A DNA stretch of 64,000 nt. It comes from Bdellovibrio sp. ZAP7. Lineage in GTDB: Bacteria > Bdellovibrionota_B > Oligoflexia > Oligoflexales > RGVZ01. The stretch is from NCBI GenBank assembly GCA_945900755.1, contig CAMDKS010000018.1:1201-65200 (forward strand), given 5' to 3'. The notes below the pieces were generated by a model that saw only the letters and a list, made by a program, of their open reading frames with translations, did no database searches and was not told the origin of the DNA. The translations under genes and the position numbers were made by a program. Position 1 is the stretch's first letter. Every line of letters begins with the position of its first letter. Below are positions 16,420 to 26,549 of the stretch, in pieces.

Positions 16420-19400
16420 ATGCAATCGATCAACTGCTATATCCCACGGAAAACTGTTCTCGATGGCTCTGAGGATTTCGTCGTCAATCTTTCGGCCCTC
16501 ACGGATCTGACCGAGGCTGACGCGGCAGAGTTCCTTGATGCCAATGTCCTCACGTCCGGCATGGAAGATTTGGTCATGCAGTCTTTTGATCGACTGAGTG
16601 GCGGGCAAAGCAGGGGCATCTTCAAGCTCTCCGAGTCCATGGGTGGCGGCAAAACCCAAAGCATGATCGTTGTTGGGTTGTTGGCGCGCTTTCCTAGCCT
16701 TGCTTCTCCATTGTCTTTCAAGAAGCAGCCCAAATCGGTGAGACCCGATAAGGTAATCGCATTTTCGGGACGTGCCACGGACGAGAATGTTTGGGTATCA
16801 ATTGGCAAGCAGCTCGGTGCCAATTTCCAGGCTGACTCTGCGCCATCCGAGAAGCAGTGGGCGAATCTGTTTGCTGAAAAGAGTATTCTCATTCTTCTTG
16901 ACGAATTAGCATTTTACTTAGTTCATGCGGCTTCTAGAGGGACAAAGGAGCAGGGCGAGCGATTTTCGACTCTTACCGCTCTTGCACTTACAAATCTGTT
17001 TGGGGCCATTCGAGACTATAAGGAAGCTGGGCGAGTAGCAGTCGTCGTAGCTGACCTTCAGAAAGACTGGGACCAAGGTCACGAAGATCTCGCTCGCATC
17101 ATGAGATCAAACGGTTCCCTTGGAGGCACAATTCAGAGTGCTGACAATGAGATGAGTAAAGGCGCAATTTCGATCTCGCCGGTCGACAACACGAAGGACG
17201 AACTTTATGCAATCCTTCGGAAAAGGCTTTTTAAAGAAACCAGAATTACTCCCCAGGAAAAAATGGCCGTCATCGACGCTTATTTTGGCGAACTTCAAAT
17301 TGCGAAAAAGGCCGGGCTAATCGAACGGGCACTACCGACGATCCGCGAAGAACTTGAAGTCTCTTATCCGTTCCACTTTTCAACAAAGCACCTCATTGAA
17401 ACATTCAATGACAACCCTGGTTTTCAGAAAACTCGTGATGTCATACGCCTTATGGCGGCTATCGTGCGATCAATTTGGGGAAAGGGTCCGCAAGAGGTTG
17501 AGCGGCACAATCTCATATCACTTGCATCTCCAGATTTAAATGTCGCGATAGTTTCCTCCCGCTTTAAAGAGATAAAGCGATCCCTGGAGGGGGCACTGCA
17601 AACGGACATTGCTAATGCCGGGACATCCTATGCGGAAAGCTTGGATGCAGGAACAAATGGACTTTCGACCATAATTGCAAAATGGATTTACGCAGCATCA
17701 CTGTCAGACACACGTCCTCGAGGGCTATCAAAAGAAGAGGTTGCTGAATACCTCGCTGCACCTGGGGTTGATCTTTCCGGTCTCGGGCATGGCCTAGACG
17801 AACTTTACCGGACTTGTTGGTACATCGATCAGCTCCGCAGTGGTAAGTATTTCTTCAATAAGACTAAAAATCTTAACGCCCAATTAAACACCTATGTCAA
17901 AACTTGCTCCGACTCTGATCGGGATTCGGTCATCGACAACAAGTTGAAAGAGATGTTCGATCCGAGAGAGAAGCGCTGCTATCAACGCATCTTCATTCAC
18001 GCCGATCTCACGAGGGTGACGCTAGAGCGAGACAAAACAACCCTTGTCATTTGTGGCCATGAGGCGCCCTATCAGGATTTTTTCGACCGCGAAAAATACA
18101 AGAATCGTGTTGTGTTCCTGACCTTAGTCGATCCGGCCGGACTCGTTCGTATTCGTAACCATGCGAGGCGTTATTGGGCGATTGAGCAGGTTCTGAAAGA
18201 CATGAGCAGGGATGATGCTCAATATGAAAAAGCAAAGGGTGAAAGAACAACCATTCAGTCCGATTTGTTTTTGACAATTCGATCAATTTACGCCCGATTG
18301 CTATATCCACTAGGAGACCCGGCCACGGGCGAATCAAAACTTAACGCTGAGAACTTGCTCGACACCTATTTGGACCCGAATTCTGGCCAATCCATAAAAT
18401 ACGATGGCAAGGATAACTCAACAAAAGGGGAGCTTGTTATCGAGGCTACGCTTCAATCACTTCACAAGTTTCTGGTAATTGCAGCTGCGGCAGGCGCAGA
18501 TAAAGTCAAACCCTATAGGTCCCTTCGCACTCGTGTCGAACAGTTTCTGTTTCCTTTATCTGGAAGGGTGGCCTGGGATCAGCTTGTTGATGCGGCGGCG
18601 AGCAAAGGAATTATGGTCTGGGCGGAGCCAGGAACATTGGACCGAATGAAGGATGTTCTTTTGACTGCTGGTGAGTGGCGCGACCAAGCGGGTCAAGTCC
18701 TTAAGCCTCCTTTCGAGGAGGTTACTGCGGTAAGCATCGAATATACTCGCGACACAAAGACGGGCCAAATTACAACTACGGACATTAGGCTTTTCCATGC
18801 CGATTCACTCTGGGTCAGTGAGGATTCAGGTACTCCCCGTAAGATTGCGCACATTGAAGCATTCGCTTCTAACGCAATGGTCCTAGTATTTCAGGCGCGG
18901 GACTCCACCGCAAAGAATAAGGAGGGGAAGCCCTATCGGGTCGAGAACCACATTGATTTCAAGCATGATTTTCTTCCCAGCACGACCGCCGGCAGTAGGA
19001 TTTTAAAAATCGGAGTAGTTCCCCCGGATGCCAAGGCTAAGTGGACTTCCGACGGTACTGATCCAGCTAATAACGGCACTCCGTACGCAAGCGCTGGAGT
19101 CGAAGTTAGGGACGGCGCTTGTGTGAAAGTCTATGCCGAGAAAGCCTCAGTTCATAAAGAGATCAGCATTTTAGTCCCTACAAAAGGGACGGAGACTGGC
19201 TCCGGTAGCAGTGGATTCTCCCCAATTGCGCATGACAAACCCACCACCTTGGCAGGGAGAGCCCTTAAGGAGCTGGGTCTAGCCTCGCGATTAAATGTGC
19301 ACACGTTCTTAAGCCACCTACCCACTGCATGCATATTTACTGGAGCAAGGGCGAAAGTCCTTAAAGCTGAGTCGGACAACCGCGTTTATGTTTCTTGGGA

Positions 19401-19581
19401 CAGCAAGGCGCGGATCACTGCCGACCGGTTGCTCAAAGCATTTCAATATTTAGATAGTGAGCTACCCGATGCTGAGTGGGAGCTAGATGCTGCTTCGATT
19501 ATTTTTGCCTCTGGGAAAGATCTTATTGAGTGGCAATCTAAACAGTCAATTGGAATCGCACAGGAGTTAATTACGCAATGA
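16420..19581 (+). CDS. DUF499-type large P-loop ATPase (defence operon gene 1)
   Basis: 1053 aa. The Walker A motif SESMGGGKTQS is at nt 16639-16656, and ILILLDELAFY is Walker B-like. Size and N-terminal layout match DUF499-type ATPases as I remember them. Confidence 0.8.
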   Translation: MQSINCYIPRKTVLDGSEDFVVNLSALTDLTEADAAEFLDANVLTSGMEDLVMQSFDRLSGGQSRGIFKLSESMGGGKTQSMIVVGLLARFPSLASPLSFKKQPKSVRPDKVIAFSGRATDENVWVSIGKQLGANFQADSAPSEKQWANLFAEKSILILLDELAFYLVHAASRGTKEQGERFSTLTALALTNLFGAIRDYKEAGRVAVVVADLQKDWDQGHEDLARIMRSNGSLGGTIQSADNEMSKGAISISPVDNTKDELYAILRKRLFKETRITPQEKMAVIDAYFGELQIAKKAGLIERALPTIREELEVSYPFHFSTKHLIETFNDNPGFQKTRDVIRLMAAIVRSIWGKGPQEVERHNLISLASPDLNVAIVSSRFKEIKRSLEGALQTDIANAGTSYAESLDAGTNGLSTIIAKWIYAASLSDTRPRGLSKEEVAEYLAAPGVDLSGLGHGLDELYRTCWYIDQLRSGKYFFNKTKNLNAQLNTYVKTCSDSDRDSVIDNKLKEMFDPREKRCYQRIFIHADLTRVTLERDKTTLVICGHEAPYQDFFDREKYKNRVVFLTLVDPAGLVRIRNHARRYWAIEQVLKDMSRDDAQYEKAKGERTTIQSDLFLTIRSIYARLLYPLGDPATGESKLNAENLLDTYLDPNSGQSIKYDGKDNSTKGELVIEATLQSLHKFLVIAAAAGADKVKPYRSLRTRVEQFLFPLSGRVAWDQLVDAAASKGIMVWAEPGTLDRMKDVLLTAGEWRDQAGQVLKPPFEEVTAVSIEYTRDTKTGQITTTDIRLFHADSLWVSEDSGTPRKIAHIEAFASNAMVLVFQARDSTAKNKEGKPYRVENHIDFKHDFLPSTTAGSRILKIGVVPPDAKAKWTSDGTDPANNGTPYASAGVEVRDGACVKVYAEKASVHKEISILVPTKGTETGSGSSGFSPIAHDKPTTLAGRALKELGLASRLNVHTFLSHLPTACIFTGARAKVLKAESDNRVYVSWDSKARITADRLLKAFQYLDSELPDAEWELDAASIIFASGKDLIEWQSKQSIGIAQELITQ

Positions 19582-20276
19582 AAGACCAGCGAGACTCTCA
19601 GCCGACTTTCGGCATTGTTGACTTCGAAGCGGAACACGGACTGTTTCAAATCAGCCCAGATGCAGATGGAATCTGTACTCTTATTCTTGTTACTCATACT
19701 GAACGTGGTTATCCGAGGCGCGAGCTTGCCACGATCTCTAGAGGAGTATGGAACGAAATTTCAAATGCAGTATCGAACGAATTGCTTCGTGGAATGACCT
19801 CAGCTGAAAAAGGGGCGAAGCTTCCATCATTTCGACCAGGCACAATCGCCGTAGGTGCACTTATTACTCGAGAGTTGGCAGTTTTGCTTTGGTCACTTAT
19901 GGAGGACAGTGAGGGTACGCATCCTGATGCCCTACTTTCGGGGTGGCGGCAGCTTGCCAGGGAGGAACGCTGGTGGCTTTATGCTCGAGCAAGCAATACA
20001 TCGCAACGTCAGGGGCAGGGTTGGCGACGTGCGCTTTTTTTTGCCTTAAATGATCCAGCTGAGACGCGTAGTGCTCCTCGAATTTCTGAGAACAATGATC
20101 AGCTTCAAGGGGCGGTGCTAACCACTGACGGCGAGATGCGACGAGAAAACACCATGGCAAAGACTCAACGAGAGGTACCCAGCACTTCGACGCACGCAGA
20201 TAAGGCTAAGGAGTCGATGGCTAAAGGAGATCGAAAACTCGGTAGTCATGCGCAAGACACCACCACGATAAGATAG
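19578..20276 (+). CDS. Small DUF3780-like protein (defence operon gene 2)
   Basis: ATGA overlap with gene 1. FGIVDFEAEHGLFQI and LAREERWWLY...GWRRALFFAL resemble the DUF3780 pattern (recollection only). The C-terminal 70 aa look disordered. Confidence 0.6.
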   Translation: MKDQRDSQPTFGIVDFEAEHGLFQISPDADGICTLILVTHTERGYPRRELATISRGVWNEISNAVSNELLRGMTSAEKGAKLPSFRPGTIAVGALITRELAVLLWSLMEDSEGTHPDALLSGWRQLAREERWWLYARASNTSQRQGQGWRRALFFALNDPAETRSAPRISENNDQLQGAVLTTDGEMRRENTMAKTQREVPSTSTHADKAKESMAKGDRKLGSHAQDTTTIR

Positions 20277-20290
20277 CGAGTGTCTGCCCC

Positions 20291-23287
20291 ATGTCTACAA
20301 AGCGGTTGTCCTTACTTGAAGTCCAGTTCCCTATCGCTCAGCTTTCGTTGGAGAGCCAGCTCGAACGTGATGCCCGTACTGGCAAAATACTCAATTCGCT
20401 TGGGAAATGGTGGGGCACAAAGCCAATCGTGCTGACACGGGCGATTATACTCGCTTCGCTCTTTGAAGCATCTGATGATAACGCTCGCTGGCCCGAAGAT
20501 CTCCGGATTTTCTTTAAACTTATGTGTTTTGACAATTCTGGTATGTGGAAGCGTAGAAATTCGGATTTCTCTGAGATTTCCGCAAAAATTCCACACTCAA
20601 AATTTGTTTCGCTTTGCTTCCCGTTCGCAAACGCAGATGAAGCCGACCTCTTTCGTGACCAGAATAGCTGGGCGCTTCGCATGAGTCCTGAAAATCTCAA
20701 AAGGAAAGAGACCCTACAGAAGCGGATCTTTTACACTTTAGATCATGCGGTTCAGCGTCGCTACTGCCGTCGGGTCGAGGAAATCGACGGTCCTCCAGAG
20801 GAGAGTTGGGCTGAGATCAACGAATACTGCGGAACCAATTGTGACTCTCTCCAAGGCTGGGTCGAGCAGATTTCGCAGCGCCGCTACGGGAGGAAGCTGC
20901 GAGTTGGCGATGCGTTCTCCGGCATGGGGTCAATTCCTTTCGCAGCTGCTGAACTTGGGTGCGATGTCTATGCGTCAGATCTCAATCCGGTCGCTTCACT
21001 TCTGACTTGGGGGGCACTTAATGTAATCGCCGGTCCCAAGGAGTTTCACGCAAAGGTTTCCGCTGCCCAAGAAAACCTATTTAGGGACATGGATGATTGG
21101 TATCGCAGTGGGAAACTTGAGACTAGCGCCGAAGGTTGGCGAGCGACCCTACACTTTTATTGCGTCGAGATAATGGTCCCAGAGTGGGATGGTTGGCGTA
21201 TTCCCATTTTGCGTACCTGTCAGATTTTAAAGTCAGCCAAACAAATATGGGTAGAGCTTATCCCAAACGAAGCTGAGAAGTGCTTCGACTTCAGGATTAA
21301 TCATGGCGGTTCTGGCTTCGAGGCGGCTTTGCCAGGAACCAAAGAAGGACCTGATATTGTTTGTCCGCAAGCCCTATGGGACATCCTCCATCATCGGGAA
21401 ATGACTGATAATGCCTCGCGGCGGATTAGTCTCAACACTCTTATCGAAAATCATGGTGGGTTGCGGCTCTGGGAAAAGACCGACTGCGTTCCACGAGCTG
21501 GTGATTTTTATCTCGAAAGGCTCTACTGCATTCGCTGGGAAAATGATGACGGCAAGACAGTATTTAGGGAACCGCATGCCCATGACATACGTATTGAAGC
21601 TGAAGTAACAAGCCAAGTGCAGACTCAATTACCAGACTGGCAAAATGCCGGCTGGGTCCCTGATTGGCGCATTCAGGATGGTCAAAAGACACGAGAGCTA
21701 ATCAGGACAAGGGGTTGGACGTTTTGGCACCACCTGTTTACCCCCAGACAGCTTCTTATGGCGGCGGAGTATTCGAGGCGGATATCGGAGGTACCTAAAG
21801 ATGTCCGTCCGGCTTTGATTCTCTCTCTAGGTCAAATTATCAACTACAGTGCCCGTCTTTGTCGCTGGGATTCCAGCGGCAACAGTGCGAAAGAGGTTTT
21901 TTACAACCAGGCATTTAACACTCTATTTAATTTCTTGGGGCGGGACTGGTCCATGATGGACAATCCAGCTAACTCTTCGCATTTCTCTCGACCGTCATTG
22001 GGAAAAGTTACATCGGGCCTAAAGGATGCTCGTAAAGTTGAATCTGATTGCGATATTTGGATAACAGACCCGCCATATGCGGATGCGGTAAATTATGAGG
22101 AACTCTCGGAGTTTTTCCTGGCTTGGTATAAGCCGCACCTTCAAGAATGTTTTCCTCATTGGCATACAGATTCAATGCGCGACACGGCAGTAAAGGGGAA
22201 CGATGCACCGTTCCGTGTGTCGATGGCAGAATGTTACTCGAAGCTTGCGGCCAAGACGCCTCCCGATGGCCTGCAAGTGTTGATGTTCACGCACAAAGAT
22301 ACTGATGTGTGGGAGGATCTGGCACTTATCATGTGGGCAGCTGGATTACAGGTTAAGCAGGTATGGAGTATTGTGACCGAAACTGGGGCTGGTGCAATCA
22401 AAAAGGGCAATCATGTACAAGCTACCTATAACATGGTCCTACGGAAGCGGCCCACTGATGCCCCTATGGGTTTCGTAGATCTTGTTATTCCCCAGATAAA
22501 TAGCCGAGTCAGGGAGGTTATAACTCACATGCGAGATAGCCAGGTTCAAGCTGGTGCAGTCTCTTGCGGCTACACTGATACCGATTACCTCCTAGCCGCT
22601 CAAGCAGTGGCTGCAGAAGTTGTCACCGGTTTTTCCAGTATAGATGGCATTGACCTCGAAGAAGAGCTGCGAACGCCAAATAGGCTGCGGGACAATTCGG
22701 TACTTCGGGCCATGATGAACCAGGCCAAACGCACTGCTGTAGATTTTCTCGTTCCGTTAGGATTGGAAGAGCACCTGCGCAGGTCTCCGGATGCAACTAG
22801 TGCGTACCAGTTTTGGAGGTCCCTCTCGCCGGAAGAGAAATTCCTTCTTAAATCGCTCGAACTGGAGTCCGGTGGATTGAAAAAGATCGGCACGTTCCAA
22901 GATCTTGGCCGAGCCTATGGAATTGCTGATTACGATGCGCTACTTGGGCAAGTTATCGCCAACGACGCGCGAACTAAACTTCCATCCGAATTCCCTCGAC
23001 CCGATCTAACACGTTGGGCCGAAGTTCCAGCGAATGAGCGTGACCAATTCGCGCATAGTGTGACCCGCCACCTCTACCACGCTCTTCAGCTTCTTGAGGA
23101 AGGGGCAGATCCCGAGCGTGCACTGAAGCATCTCATCGACAGCACCAACTTTTGGGCCGATCGACATAGCAGGCACTTAGTCATCCTTAGCTACCTATAT
23201 CAAACCACGGAAGCAATAGCCGCATGGGCCAGTGTTCGACCCCATATCCAGACCCTTCGCCTAGCAGTGGAGAATCATCGTGCTTGA
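20291..23287 (+). CDS. DUF1156-type DNA methyltransferase, DPPY class (N6-adenine or N4-cytosine)
   Basis: N-terminal FPIAQLSLESQLER...LGKWWGTKPIVLTRAIIL is DUF1156-like. The SAM loop is GDAFSGMGSIPFAAAELG...ASDLNPVA. The catalytic motif ITDPPYADAV has DPPY at nt 22067-22078. Confidence 0.85.
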   Translation: MSTKRLSLLEVQFPIAQLSLESQLERDARTGKILNSLGKWWGTKPIVLTRAIILASLFEASDDNARWPEDLRIFFKLMCFDNSGMWKRRNSDFSEISAKIPHSKFVSLCFPFANADEADLFRDQNSWALRMSPENLKRKETLQKRIFYTLDHAVQRRYCRRVEEIDGPPEESWAEINEYCGTNCDSLQGWVEQISQRRYGRKLRVGDAFSGMGSIPFAAAELGCDVYASDLNPVASLLTWGALNVIAGPKEFHAKVSAAQENLFRDMDDWYRSGKLETSAEGWRATLHFYCVEIMVPEWDGWRIPILRTCQILKSAKQIWVELIPNEAEKCFDFRINHGGSGFEAALPGTKEGPDIVCPQALWDILHHREMTDNASRRISLNTLIENHGGLRLWEKTDCVPRAGDFYLERLYCIRWENDDGKTVFREPHAHDIRIEAEVTSQVQTQLPDWQNAGWVPDWRIQDGQKTRELIRTRGWTFWHHLFTPRQLLMAAEYSRRISEVPKDVRPALILSLGQIINYSARLCRWDSSGNSAKEVFYNQAFNTLFNFLGRDWSMMDNPANSSHFSRPSLGKVTSGLKDARKVESDCDIWITDPPYADAVNYEELSEFFLAWYKPHLQECFPHWHTDSMRDTAVKGNDAPFRVSMAECYSKLAAKTPPDGLQVLMFTHKDTDVWEDLALIMWAAGLQVKQVWSIVTETGAGAIKKGNHVQATYNMVLRKRPTDAPMGFVDLVIPQINSRVREVITHMRDSQVQAGAVSCGYTDTDYLLAAQAVAAEVVTGFSSIDGIDLEEELRTPNRLRDNSVLRAMMNQAKRTAVDFLVPLGLEEHLRRSPDATSAYQFWRSLSPEEKFLLKSLELESGGLKKIGTFQDLGRAYGIADYDALLGQVIANDARTKLPSEFPRPDLTRWAEVPANERDQFAHSVTRHLYHALQLLEEGADPERALKHLIDSTNFWADRHSRHLVILSYLYQTTEAIAAWASVRPHIQTLRLAVENHRA

Positions 23288-23305
23288 ATCAAGGAATCAT
23301 GAGGC

Positions 23306-26047
23306 ATGACATTAAACCGGTTCAGCTCTCGCCTAGGCAGCTTGTATAAATCGTTCCTGTTGGAGCGGCTGAATGGTGCGACCTCTTATGATCGGATAGC
23401 GGGATATTTTCAGTCAAGCTTGTTGGGACTTGCTGCTCGCGAACTAAAGGCAATCAAACGAGTCAGGATTGTTTGCAACACTGATGTCAATCCGGCGGAT
23501 GTGCATGCGGTGCGTCAAGCCATTGGTCCTCGTCGAGAGGAACTTACAGATGCTCTCCTTCACATGATTTGGAATAGCGGCGATTTCCCACATTTGGTTG
23601 ACGTCTATGGAGAGAAAGCGAAGGAGCGGTTGCGCATACTTCAAGAGCTGGTCACGCCAGATCTAGCCAATGGTCGGAGCTTTGAAATTCGAATTGTTCC
23701 CGACTGTGAATTTGGCTTCCTGCATGGGAAAGCTGGTGTACTGCACTATCCCGACGGACGGGCCACTTCCTTTATTGGCAGTGCCAATGATAGCGAACGA
23801 GCCTGGTCAAAAAATTACGAGTTAGTTTGGGAGGATGCGGGAAAAGACAGCGTAAAATGGGTGCAGGACGAATTTGAGGCTCTCTGGAGCTGCGGCTTTC
23901 CGATCAATGAATTTATTGTAAAGCAAATCGGTCGCCTTGGTCAGCGGACAATTATTGAACACATAGGCGATTGGAAAAAGAAACCCGAAGTCGGCCCTGT
24001 ACTTGCTGAAGTCCCAGCATGCACTGAGCTGTTTGGGTTTTGGGATCATCAAAAATATTTCATCAAGAAGGCTTTTGATGAACATCGTCTCTATAGCGGT
24101 CTCGCCGGAAGGGGGGCTCGGTACCTGTTAGCTGATGGAGTCGGGTTGGGTAAGACTCTCCAGATGGGTGGTTTGGCGAAACTGATCGGAACACTCGATG
24201 ACGAACCGATACTGGTTATAGCACCTAAAGCGGTAGTTTCTCAGTGGCAAGATGAATTGCTGGGTATGCTGGCATTGCCTAGTGCTCTTTGGACCGGTCA
24301 AGGATGGCTAACCGAACGTGATGAGTTTCATCCAGCTACAGAGAGTTCGGTGACGAACTGTCCGCGAAAAATTGCCATTGTTCCTACTTCGGCAGTTCTG
24401 AGTGCGGGCCGGAGTCGATATAACGGGGCATTGTCTGCGGAGTTGCTCAAACAGCATTTTAGTTGTGTGCTTTGGGATGAGGCACACAAAATTCGCCGCT
24501 ACAATGTCCGGGAACCTCAAGTGTGGCAGCAGGCCCAGATGAACTTGCTTTATGAATGGGGCATGCAACTTGCTGCACGCACTAAAACCATGATTCTGGC
24601 GACGGCGACACCAGTGCAGTTACATCCCATAGAGCTTTGGGATTTGCTGGCGGTTCTCAATGTAAATAATCCGCAGGTGCTCGGTGAACGCCACAGTCGA
24701 TGGCGTGATGTGTCCCAGCCGGCAATCTTCGATATTCTTGCAGGTCGCGTAGTTTTGGATGGTGCCTACGATAAGTGGGAATACTGGAAAGATCCCGTGC
24801 CACGTGAACAGAACAATGAGGTGTTTGGCCATGTGCGCAACTCCCTGGGTTTAGGTGAGACAGACGAAGTAGCCACGAATGCTGACTTTGATCGTATTGA
24901 TCCCTTGGACCAAGAAGATATGGGGCGGATCAATCTTCGGGATTTGAACCCTTTCACACTTCGAGTTATCAAACGTTCCCGTAAACGTCTCGAGCAGGAA
25001 GGGAAACTGGTCCGCATTGAGATGGTGCCTGTAGGCGATAACCGCCCAGTCGTGTCAACCCATAGCGTCCGCCAGGCTTTGGAGTTGGCGGAACTGTTTT
25101 CGAAGGAGCTTCATAAACGCACCCCGGCAAGTGGTTTTATCAAAACCATGCTTCAAAGGCGTGTTGGAAGCTCGGTCCTTGCTGGGTTTAATACTGCCGT
25201 TCGGATGCTAGCCGAGCGTGAAGTTCAAGATGAAGACGGAATGGCCGAGGATGGCGACACAATTTATCCGCTGACGGGTAGTGAACGAGAAATTCTAGAG
25301 CGACTACGTGATCACCTGAATCGACAGCTTAAGACCGAGGGTGATCCGAAATTTGATAGAGTCCTCGAGATCCTTGAGTCTGAGTTCGATCGATCAAAGT
25401 GGCTCGATCGCGGAGTCCTCATTTTTTCCCAGTACTTTGACTCTGCATATGCGCTCTGTGAATTTTTGGCGCCGAAAATTGCAATTCCTATTGGGCTCTA
25501 CGCTAATTCGTCGTCCTCGAAGCTATTCGATGAAGGCAAGGTTCAGTCCGTCGATCGGGATATCCTGAAGGAAAAGGTTAAGGTCGGAGCACTAAAGATT
25601 CTTGTTGGTACAGATGCTGCCAGCACCGGCTTAAACTTGCAGGGGTTGGGTGGGCTTATCAACTTAGACCTTCCATGGAATCCAACCACACTCGAACAGC
25701 GGAAAGGTCGAGTGCAACGTGGCACCATTGCAAAGCGCATCCCGTTCTGCAATTTGCGCTATGACGAAGGTGTTGAACAAAGGCTCTTCAATGTCCTAAC
25801 GGGTCGTATCAGAGAGATCACAGACATCTTTGGCACAATTCCGGATTTCATAACGGATAAATGGGTAAGCGGGATGTTGGAGAATCGTTCTTTGAGTGAA
25901 AACGATCTAGTTAAAATGGTGACTGGCGAAGCGGGTAGCCCATTCACAGTTAAGGAAACTTACGAATACTTGGATGAATCATGGGAAAGCACTGCGGAGG
26001 TATTGAACTCTAAGGAAGCTGCCAGAGTCTTCCTAGAGAAATGGTAA
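23306..26047 (+). CDS. PLD-family (single HKD) nuclease domain fused to an SNF2/DEAH helicase
   Basis: HGKAGVLHYPDGRATSFIGSANDS is an HxK...GSxN motif, starting at about nt 23723. Helicase motifs are LADGVGLGKTLQ (I), VLWDEAHKIRR (II), LATATPVQ (III) and LEQRKGRVQRG (VI). Confidence 0.85.
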   Translation: MTLNRFSSRLGSLYKSFLLERLNGATSYDRIAGYFQSSLLGLAARELKAIKRVRIVCNTDVNPADVHAVRQAIGPRREELTDALLHMIWNSGDFPHLVDVYGEKAKERLRILQELVTPDLANGRSFEIRIVPDCEFGFLHGKAGVLHYPDGRATSFIGSANDSERAWSKNYELVWEDAGKDSVKWVQDEFEALWSCGFPINEFIVKQIGRLGQRTIIEHIGDWKKKPEVGPVLAEVPACTELFGFWDHQKYFIKKAFDEHRLYSGLAGRGARYLLADGVGLGKTLQMGGLAKLIGTLDDEPILVIAPKAVVSQWQDELLGMLALPSALWTGQGWLTERDEFHPATESSVTNCPRKIAIVPTSAVLSAGRSRYNGALSAELLKQHFSCVLWDEAHKIRRYNVREPQVWQQAQMNLLYEWGMQLAARTKTMILATATPVQLHPIELWDLLAVLNVNNPQVLGERHSRWRDVSQPAIFDILAGRVVLDGAYDKWEYWKDPVPREQNNEVFGHVRNSLGLGETDEVATNADFDRIDPLDQEDMGRINLRDLNPFTLRVIKRSRKRLEQEGKLVRIEMVPVGDNRPVVSTHSVRQALELAELFSKELHKRTPASGFIKTMLQRRVGSSVLAGFNTAVRMLAEREVQDEDGMAEDGDTIYPLTGSEREILERLRDHLNRQLKTEGDPKFDRVLEILESEFDRSKWLDRGVLIFSQYFDSAYALCEFLAPKIAIPIGLYANSSSSKLFDEGKVQSVDRDILKEKVKVGALKILVGTDAASTGLNLQGLGGLINLDLPWNPTTLEQRKGRVQRGTIAKRIPFCNLRYDEGVEQRLFNVLTGRIREITDIFGTIPDFITDKWVSGMLENRSLSENDLVKMVTGEAGSPFTVKETYEYLDESWESTAEVLNSKEAARVFLEKW

Positions 26048-26207
26048 GATTTTTTCATTGTCCAAAAATTGGTCTGCTTTTCAGTGAAATTTGTGGCCTA
26101 CTAGGAACGAAACACGCTGTGAAAAAAATTCAAATCTATTTTGCCATTTTCATTCAATTGTCAGGGAGCCATGTTCAACAACAGTTAGGCATCCTCGACC
26201 ATTACTA

Positions 26208-26420
26208 TCATTGAAACACCTCCTGCAATGCCGCTAACACTAAGGCGTGAATACTTTTTGCCCCCGTTTCCTCAACCCTCACCTTGATTTTTTCATAGAG
26301 CTCCGGGCTGACCCTTATTGTCAGCATGTGGCTTTGCGCCTTCTCTTTTGGCGCCATTCGCGCCCGAAGTCTCTCATTAAGGACCTTTTTGGGAACTAGG
26401 GGTTTGTTGGTAGGTTTCAT
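26208..26420 (-). CDS. Ribbon-helix-helix (CopG/Arc-like) DNA-binding protein
   Basis: 70 aa. HMLTIRVSPELYEKIKVRVEETGAKSIHALVLAALQEVF is an RHH beta-alpha-alpha pattern. It is divergent from the 26526 ORF. Confidence 0.65.
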   Translation of the reverse strand: MKPTNKPLVPKKVLNERLRARMAPKEKAQSHMLTIRVSPELYEKIKVRVEETGAKSIHALVLAALQEVFQ

Positions 26421-26524
26421 TCAATCCTCCTTGATTGCTGGGACAATTTAGCGGCCCCAAAGCCATTATACCGCAAATACAGCCCAAGCACCCAATTTTA
26501 TAAGTACATTTTAAAATACAAAAG

Positions 26525-26549
26525 AATGAGTACAAAAATTGTACTCATT
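26525..26549. promoter_or_regulatory. Perfect 10-bp-arm palindrome, probably an operator
   Basis: AATGAGTACA-AAAAT-TGTACTCATT. Extra GTACA/ATACA half-sites lie at 26504-26508 and 26516-20. It sits between the divergent RHH gene and the KOW-motif gene. Confidence 0.55.

Noticed and set aside
16437-16892. Long antisense or alternative-frame ORFs inside large genes (for example 16437-16892, 20338-20700, 27149-27454, 50309-50773, 56897-57385, 58430-58852)
   Set aside because: Each is fully embedded in a CDS that has clear family motifs on the other strand or frame. These are treated as shadow ORFs.
20035-20042. A T8 homopolymer inside the DUF3780-like gene as a phase-variation switch
   Set aside because: Eight residues is borderline for slipped-strand switching and there is no population data. 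It could be revisited with deep sequencing.
16420-26047. Classifying the four-gene operon as BREX or DISARM
   Set aside because: There is no PglZ-like phosphatase, no PglX-type methylase layout, no DUF1998 (DrmB) and no separate DrmA helicase visible. Only individual domains (P-loop ATPase, PLD, SNF2) are shared, so it is reported as a distinct system instead.
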